From: Eledone cirrhosa
Lineage: Eukaryota
DNA: 64,000 bases
Direction: 5' to 3'
NCBI GenBank assembly: GCA_964016885.1
Contig: OZ024741.1
Span: 187,488,001 to 187,552,000 of the forward strand
Made by a program: the position numbers and the translations under genes. Within the stretch, counting starts at the first letter, position 1, and each line of letters opens with the position of its first letter. The notes below the pieces were generated by a model that ran no database searches, had not been told where the DNA came from, and saw nothing but the letters and a program-made list of their open reading frames with translations. Shown here one piece after another: positions 56,118 to 64,000 of this stretch.

Positions 56118-56801
56118 TGTGTGTAAATATTCCGTTTTTAAAACAATCGACCGAGTTACGAATTTTTAATATGACTTCATAAGATATTTATATATATATA
56201 TATACATATATGTATATTTATATGTATGTGTGTGCATTTATGTATACATTTACCTATGTATGTATATATGTACGTACGGGTACATGTGTACATGCATGCA
56301 TATATATATATATATGTGTGTGTGTGCGTGCAGCGTACGCATATATGTATGTGTGTGTGTTGGTGTATGCAGAATCCCTTACCTTGAACTATTCTCACGA
56401 GTATCATATAACCAAGGATAGACACACCAGTACAGAAAGGTTCTTTTTGTTTTACTTTTAGGGGGTCTCTGGAAGGGACGGCGATGTAGCCGACTTTTTA
56501 GGGTATAGAAAGAAAGCGTGTTGGGTGTATTGTTGAGGTAGGTGTGTGTGGTGGTGGTGGTGGTGGTGGTGGTGGAGGGAGAGTATTAAAAACAAAACCC
56601 GCCAAACATACCAAAAATGGTATATAGGTAGAGAAATGTCGGTTAAACGCCTGCGTGTCCGTGTCAACGTTACAAAGTTATTTCACTTCTATATACAATC
56701 TCCATCCACTACCACGACCAGCCTTGTCTAAACTGAAATACTCAAACTTCTTTGCTCATCTTTTAACCGACATTTGAGTATCATACTAATCTTCTTTTGT
56801 G

Positions 56802-56861
<60 letters not shown>

Positions 56862-57039
56862 TGTATGTGTGTATTTGTTTGTGTAGCTTATCTGCCTCTT
56901 TACCTCTTTACCTTTACAGTTTTATTTTCAAACATCCCTTTCTTTGTCTGTCTACATGTCAATATATCTATCTATCTTTCTCCATCTCAAATATGTTTTC
57001 TTTTCCTTCCTCTTCTCACTTTCTATCTCTCTATTTCAT

Positions 57040-57180
57040 CTTTTATTCCTCATTCTATCTCCTGGGGAAGGACTACTGTCCGAAACATTGAGACACTTTT
57101 CTTACTATATCAAGCAATAAATTAATATATTTCTTCATTGTACTGAGTCGTTTACTTTGTTATTTCTGTTTAGTTTTTGT
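57040..57180 (+). mobile_element. Family H1 fragment with degenerate hammerhead
   Basis: CTGGGGA-aggactactgtcc-GAAACATT-gagac. Confidence 0.55.
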
Positions 57181-57239
57181 ATACACCAACACACACACAT
57201 ACATATATATATATATATTATATATATTATATATATATA

Positions 57240-57389
<150 letters not shown>

Positions 57390-57442
57390 TGTATATATGT
57401 ATGTATATACACAGTATATATATACAGTATATATATATACGG

Positions 57443-57510
<68 letters not shown>

Positions 57511-57529
57511 GGTGTGACTGTGTGTGTTT

Positions 57530-57810
57530 GTCACGAATGACCATGTTTTTGCAGAAAGTTCCCCTCCAAGGCACAAGCCTGAGCAAGGTTGTTTGTGGAA
57601 AGACCAGCAGTCACTCATGCATACCAGTCTCCTCTCTCCACGTCACCGATGTTGTCCAAAGGAAAGGCAATGGCCGATACAGTTTGGCACCAGTGATGTT
57701 GCAACTCATTTCTACAGCTGAGTAAACTGAAGTAACATGAAATAGAACACAATGCATCGCCTGGTCCGGGATTCGAACTTACAACTTTACAATCGTTATC
57801 TCAACGCTCA
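57530..57810 (-). mobile_element. tRNA-derived SINE family C
   Basis: The reverse complement has a GTTCGAATCCC B-box; the 3' part matches 9285-9420. Confidence 0.7.
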
Positions 57811-58771
57811 TATATGCACTCTATCATCTTTTCCAGCTTCCTCGACCTGCAAAACATAACAAGGCCAGGCATGTGGGATCAAAGAGAAGCAAGTGATATT
57901 TGCTGTCCGGGTCAACTGAGACCTTCGATTTTCGATCAATCTCGTTTCTTACTTGTGGTCTCAATCTTCCTTGCTCTCTCTTCCACTGGTCCAGCTAGTA
58001 ATCTAAGCACTTGGTTGTGCCACCATATATATATTTGCACAGACTACTCTCCTCTAATTTACAACGCTTTAGATTTGTAGGACTAGAAAAAAAGTCAGAC
58101 AAAGCGAACCTAAAACTGGTACTGGGCGGTTCCCATGACAAACGTTCCTCCCAACCACAATCTCCTCTCAAGCAACACACTGACATACTGTTCACCTCTT
58201 TGCACCAAACTATTTTCACTTTTTCCTTCTATACAAGGTTGACTACTGAAACCTTTTTTTTCTTACTGATTCATGTTCTGAATTTTTACTGTTCATGTTC
58301 TGAATTCGGAACTTACAAAGACCTTTCTGTTGCTATGTGCAGAACTTACTACATCTTCATACCTTGAATAGGCCACAAAATATTCCGTTGCCTCCGATGT
58401 CATTCATTTTCTCTCAGTCACGAGCATTGATAAGGAGTAATAGGCGACATAATCATTTGAATAGCCCTGCGTCAGCACAATTGGCATTTAATCCCACTTG
58501 TACTGCCAGACTATCGATGGGGTACGTAATTCTATCTGACCACAATTCATCTATAGAACCGTACGTACAGTGGTTCGTGTCAATCCTCACCATTTGCAAA
58601 TATCGATGTTACACTTCCGATAAAAGGTTTCGACACGTGTACAGTGCGTGTACAATATCAGAGGCGATTGCAGACTGGGGTAGAAAGCAAACTGAATACA
58701 ACAGAGCTTGAACTTGTCAAGAAGCAATGGTCTGTTTCGATGAAAATTAATCCTCGGCCATCTTCTAATAT

Positions 58772-58994
58772 ACAGGGTATTTCAAAAACATTGATATCAT
58801 GGCCTGTTCCCAAGGTTGTCTATTAAAATATATATCGTGAATTAATGTTATAATGTTGATAAAATTTGAGCAATAACTCTTATCTTGCTCAACATTAAGC
58901 CTGTCGCATCTTGTCGTCCTAGAGTCAGGAACCTAACTTTGTAGTTTCTGGATATTTACATCACAAATGATATCAATTATTTTGAAACAGCCTG
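58772..58994. mobile_element. Tc1/mariner-type MITE
   Basis: TIRs CAGGGTATTTCAAAA..ATTGATATCAT / ATGATATCAAT..TTTTGAAACAGCCTG. Confidence 0.7.
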
Positions 58995-59299
58995 TGTATA
59001 TATATATATATATATATTTATATTTGTGTGTGTGTGTGAGTCTGTGTATGTCTGTATGTGTATAGAGGGAGAGATATGCCTATCGCTCTATTTGTCTATT
59101 TGCTGTTCCATCTCTTTATATGTATGCGTGCCCATTCATCTATCAATCTATCTATCTGACTATTTCCATCTATATATATATTTATATATGTAATGGCTTA
59201 CACATTACACGCGTGCTTTCTTCCTGTATACATTTTCCCCGTTTTCTATCTTTTCTTACTCTCATCTATCTTCCTACTTCTTCTCTCTCCCAAATAACT

Positions 59300-59440
59300 C
59301 CTCTTCTCTCTACATAATTCCATCTTCCGATTAAGGAGTACCATCTGAAACATTAAGACACCTTTCCTATTGCATCAAGCGTTAAACTAATAAATATCGT
59401 TTATTATATTGTTCTCTTGGACTTTTCGCCTTCATTTGTG
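59300..59440 (+). mobile_element. Family H1 fragment with degenerate hammerhead
   Basis: GAAACATTAAGAC...CAAGCGTTAAACTAATA, shared with the other H1 copies. Confidence 0.55.
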
Positions 59441-59466
59441 TGTCTGTGTGTGTGTGTTTGTGCCTT

Positions 59467-59532
<66 letters not shown>

Positions 59533-59566
59533 TCTCTCTCTCACTCACTCTCTCTCACTCCCTCTT

Positions 59567-59645
<79 letters not shown>

Positions 59646-60039
59646 CTCAGTCTATATGCATCTGTCAATATGTATATGCATTGTTTGTAGCTACTTCCTA
59701 TGGTTTCACTCTAGTCAACAATTCAAAAGACTGCAATTGATGCTTAACAGAGAGATATTATATCATAAATCACCCTACACCAATAATACACAGAAAATCA
59801 GAGCTAATGTTCACTTGCATACAATATGACATTTTGTATTTTCAGAGCAACAGGTCCTTTGAATTATGAGGTACAGTCAAGAAGATTTGAGATTTCTTTT
59901 TCTTTCAAGCACTTTTAATTGTCTTATGTAATTGTCATCTCAACACATCCTTCATATGGTTATAATAAGCTAACATGACAAATCTTTTTTTTTTGCGGAG
60001 GAGGGGGGGTCGCGCCGCTACAGCACTTTAAACACTACC

Positions 60040-60374
60040 TGCCATACATGTTTTGTCACAGCTGACTACTTGGCCGATATGGGGGTCAAGACTGTTCCTC
60101 GCCCTCCCTACAGTCTGGATGTTTCCGAAGCTGAAGGAGAAACTCAGGGATATCCGCTTTGAGGATGTGAAGGAAAGGAAGGAGGCTGTGACAAGCGCCC
60201 TGGACACCTTCAGTTTGGTAGACTACAAGGGGACCTTCCAGAAGTGGCTGGGGTACTACAATTGCATTGAAGTTGGATGATCCTACTTTGCGGGAGACTA
60301 GAGCTTTGTGTTGATCTGAGTCAAATAAATATCTCTCTGATAAAAGTCTCAAGACCTCTTGAGTGTACCTCGTA
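60040..60374 (+). mobile_element. Mariner 3' fragment
   Basis: PPYS.D and FPKLKEKLR..RFEDV...KEAVT; terminal ...ACCTCG|TA. Confidence 0.75.
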
Positions 60375-60734
60375 CAGATACAATTTATCCAAAGAGCTTT
60401 CATATAGTTTATGTCTACATAATTTCACTCATACGGCTTGTGTCGAGCCGAAGCTAAGATACCATACAGTGGAATCGAACCCAGGAACGCGTAACTTGTC
60501 AAACATTCGGTCATGCTGGTGAAATATAAATAAAGATTTCTTTTTTTGTCTAGTTGTGCCAACGGCCGTCGAATCATACACATTTACTTCAAAATGTGCT
60601 CCCTATATAAGACGCAGGAAGGTTTGCACTCTATTCGTTTTGGAACCCCATCTCCCTGCTGTGTTCCTGCATGTGATACACATCTTGCAATTTTCTCTAT
60701 ATGTACACGTATCAAAAGTGAAGGTCTTATATAT

Positions 60735-61335
60735 GATGATTTCTACTATAGGCACAAGGCCAGCTCTTTTGGGAGAGGGGAAAGTCGATTAAATCGACTC
60801 TAGTGTGTCACTGGCACTTTACTTTATCAATCCTGTAAAGATGAAAGGCAAAGTTAACCTCGGTGGGTCTTACATATAATTGTTTCTACTTTAGGCACAA
60901 GGCCAGCAATTACCCAGTGCATTACTGGTACTTTATTTTATCGACCCCGTAAGGATGAAAGGCAAAGTCAACCTCGGCGGGATTTGAACTCAGATCGTAA
61001 AGGGACGTAACTATGCTGGAAAGCATGGCGTCCGACCCTCTACCGATACTGCCAATCCACTGCCCACGGTGGGTCTTACATATAATAATTCTGTGTAATG
61101 TTTCTATTTTTACACCACATTAACTTTGATTTCTACTATAGGAACAAAGCCAGTAAATATTTGGAGATGCGCAATGATTATTATATCAATCCTAGTATGC
61201 TTGATTGGCATTTTATTTTATCGAGTGCGGAAGTATGAATGGCAAAGCTGAACTTGGCGGATTTGAACTCAGAATGTAAAGAGCCAGAAGAAATACCACA
61301 ATGGCATTTTATCCGACGGTCTGCTAATCCATCAC
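60735..61335 (-). mobile_element. Three SINE family A copies, one nested with a TSD
   Basis: Copy 60877-61065 is flanked by the duplicated CGGTGGGTCTTACATATAAT. Confidence 0.88.
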
Positions 61336-61904
61336 TTTTCCAGCACAACATTAATATTAAGAATAGTTTCTCGTATGATTTTTTTTAAATCGATTACTTA
61401 TATAATATATTCAATTAGAGGTGATGGAACTGCGCTAGTAGCGAAAGGCAGGCCCTCACAGAGTTGTTATGTTATTGTTCATTTTTTGTCTTAAATCAGT
61501 CGTGATCGAGCAAATCTATGATCAAAATCATTTTAACTGCGAACACCTTGCAATTTTCCTATGTGCAAAAAAATCAAGGATCACATTATTCAACGGGTCC
61601 TTTATTAAGATGGCAAGGAAATATTTGAGGGATATTTTGTTACTATTTAGAGCAGCTTGTGCGACAACATAAACACTTCCACGGCCACGAGAATGCTATT
61701 GTTGTTAGGTCGTTTATCTCCAGCTAGACTTATGAGCAAAATCATCCCAGACGTGACTATGCCGTTTTCTTGTCGTATGTGAGAAAGCCCAGAGCAACTT
61801 TATCAAAGATATCATTTTCAAAGTTGGTAAGGTGTAATTTGAGATTTGGCTTCTATTTCTAACTATTCAGATGCAGACATATATATGTATACATATATAT
61901 ATAT

Positions 61905-62621
61905 ATATAATCAAGGTTTAGCAAATAAGAAAAAGTTTCAAAATAAATTTCAAAAAATTCACTGTACTTACTATGGTTACCTTTACCGAATCGGTTTTGA
62001 GTCTCAAAAATAAATGGACAGTCCTTGCGGCCTTCCATTGAAAAGATAAACTCTGGTCAGAAGGTTCTTTTCACTCGGAGAATATAAAATTCCCGAGTTC
62101 AAATTACGAACTGGCGCTATTCAAAATTGTTCCCGAGATGAGAATGAATGATGTGGAAGCAATTCTGTCCAGTGCCGTGTGTGAGGATAGAAGCAGAGGC
62201 AGGGAGGTCAGTCTACTACCACTATAAATAGCAGCAGTCAAAACGACCAAATTTTATCTCGACCAAGAGGAGTATAATAATAATAAAGTATATATCCCTA
62301 CACGCAAAAAGCGTATAGGGACATATGTATTGTCCAACCATATGCCAATGTGTTCAATGGTAGGTTAATAAATTAACGAGCCAGAACATATATAATCAAG
62401 GTTTAGCACATAAGAAAAAGTTTCAAAATAAATTTCAAAAAATTCGCTGTACTTACTATGGTTACCTTTACCGAATCGGTTTCGAGTCTCAAAAATAAAT
62501 GGACAGTCCTTGCGGCCTTCCATTGAAAAGATAAACTCTCGTCAGAAGGTTCTTTTCACTCGGAGAATATAAAATTTCCGAGTTCAAATTACGAACTGGC
62601 GCTATTCAAAATTGTTCCCGA
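61905..62621 (-). repeat. Partial tandem of a 485-bp unit with ~230-bp direct repeats, retrozyme/pLTR-like
   Basis: 61905-62136 is near-identical to 62390-62621; (TA)n on both sides. Confidence 0.9.
62465..62549 (-). ncRNA. Intact type-I hammerhead ribozyme
   Basis: The reverse complement reads CCTT-CTGACGA-GAGTTT...AGACTC-GAAA-CCG att CGG-TA-AAGG. Confidence 0.88.
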
Positions 62622-62696
62622 TATATATATATATATTAGTACATACATATATATATACACACACATATATATATTTACATATATAAACATATATAC

Positions 62697-62859
<163 letters not shown>

Positions 62860-62897
62860 AAATCTTAATATGGTCTGGAAATATACGTTCCCTCTCT

Positions 62898-62936
<39 letters not shown>

Positions 62937-63489
62937 TTTGTGAAAATCATATGAAATCGTGTCTTTAAAACCAATCCAAACCAAGCAATGAGTCTGCTTA
63001 TTATATACTAGCAGAAAAACCACCCTTCGAGTGGTTTTCTGCTAGCATGTGTAGTGTGTATATTGATATTATACGCAAGTATATATATATGTAGATATGA
63101 TACATCAAATAAAATCGTAATTGACAATATAAACAGAAATTGAACGAAGACGTTGTTACACTGTCTTATGTAATCAGTAACGTAATCCATGATACATTAA
63201 AAAAAGACGATATTATATATAAACTGCATTAGGAGAAAATTAGTATGTTTATTTAAGTGATCGCCACCGGAAGTGTTAACATCACACACTCTCTCTTTCT
63301 CTATATATGGTAGTTGAAGTGGTGGTGGTGGCAACGACATACCGGAAGTGCAACTTTTGAAAAGAAGTAAATTTTAAATTATTTATTTTTACGAAATTAT
63401 TTTTGTTTACGAAATTTAGTAGATAAATTATGTAATATTCATTCATTATTTAAAGTAATCCAACTTATTTTACTAACGGGATAAAAAAA

Positions 63490-63860
63490 ATAAAGTGTAC
63501 GCAGTCCCGCAGACCTTCCATTATTTCTGGCAATATTATAACAATATAACCCTCCCCAAATATAACAATATATATATATATATATTATCTATATCTCAAC
63601 ATCTATGTCCATTCTTACTGTGCAATATTTTAAACAACTTGTTAGACTGTTTGGTGTGTTTTCGCTTCTATATCTTTTATATCTCCACAGTTAATTCATT
63701 TGGCCATCGGTGTTTATCACTAACTGACCAACGGTCAAAACTACAGATATAAATATATATATATAGTCTAACAAAGTTCTTTCGTTAGACATCTGCAACA
63801 TCATCAGTGGTACTATTGTGTTTCCTCCTGTTGTGTTGTATGTCTACGCCATTTTGGCGC
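63490..63860 (-). mobile_element. Family P4 element with hammerhead at ~63770-63812
   Basis: Homologous to 27380-27610; the reverse complement reads CTGATGA-t-gttgcagatgtctaac-GAAA. Confidence 0.75.
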
Positions 63861-64000
63861 TTTCCTCTTATTTATAAATACACTACACAACCCCTGTTTC
63901 TTCTTCATTTTTATCAAGTTTTGCTCTGACCCGTTCTCGCTTTCTCCCTATCTATTTTGTTGCTATCAACTCTTCCCCCTTCTTTCTTTCTCTCCCTTTC

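Noticed and set aside
63006-63350. Hairpin CTAGCAGAAAA..TTTTCTGCTAG and two ACCGGAAGTG (ETS-like) motifs as a promoter or Helitron end
   Set aside because: No supporting gene, CpG island or second terminus.

Overview
AT-rich, extremely repeat-dense animal genomic DNA with no recognisable host protein-coding gene. It is probably octopus/cephalopod; this is inferred from the SINE families and the (TA)n/(CA)n/(TACA)n/(GATA)n load, not verified. Almost all ORF-track entries are microsatellite read-throughs. The real content is: ~20 copies of one tRNA-derived SINE plus other SINEs; DNA-transposon relics (an internally deleted mariner, Tigger/pogo fossils, a Tc1/IS630-like fossil, hAT and Tigger MITEs); non-LTR retrotransposon 3' fragments (RTE, CRE-like, Tx1/L1, R4/Dong); two Penelope-like element (PLE) GIY-YIG regions, one of them an uninterrupted Naiad-type frame missed by the ORF track; and a 28S rRNA fragment fused to a SINE. 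The most striking pattern is about 13 fold-back (palindromic) elements from several unrelated families sitting in (TA)n tracts. Most carry type-I hammerhead ribozyme (HHR) motifs and have a one-sided tail, and several have their symmetry axis in or next to the HHR core. There is also a 485-bp HHR-delimited tandem unit resembling a retrozyme. All calls come from manual reading; no database search or folding program was run.
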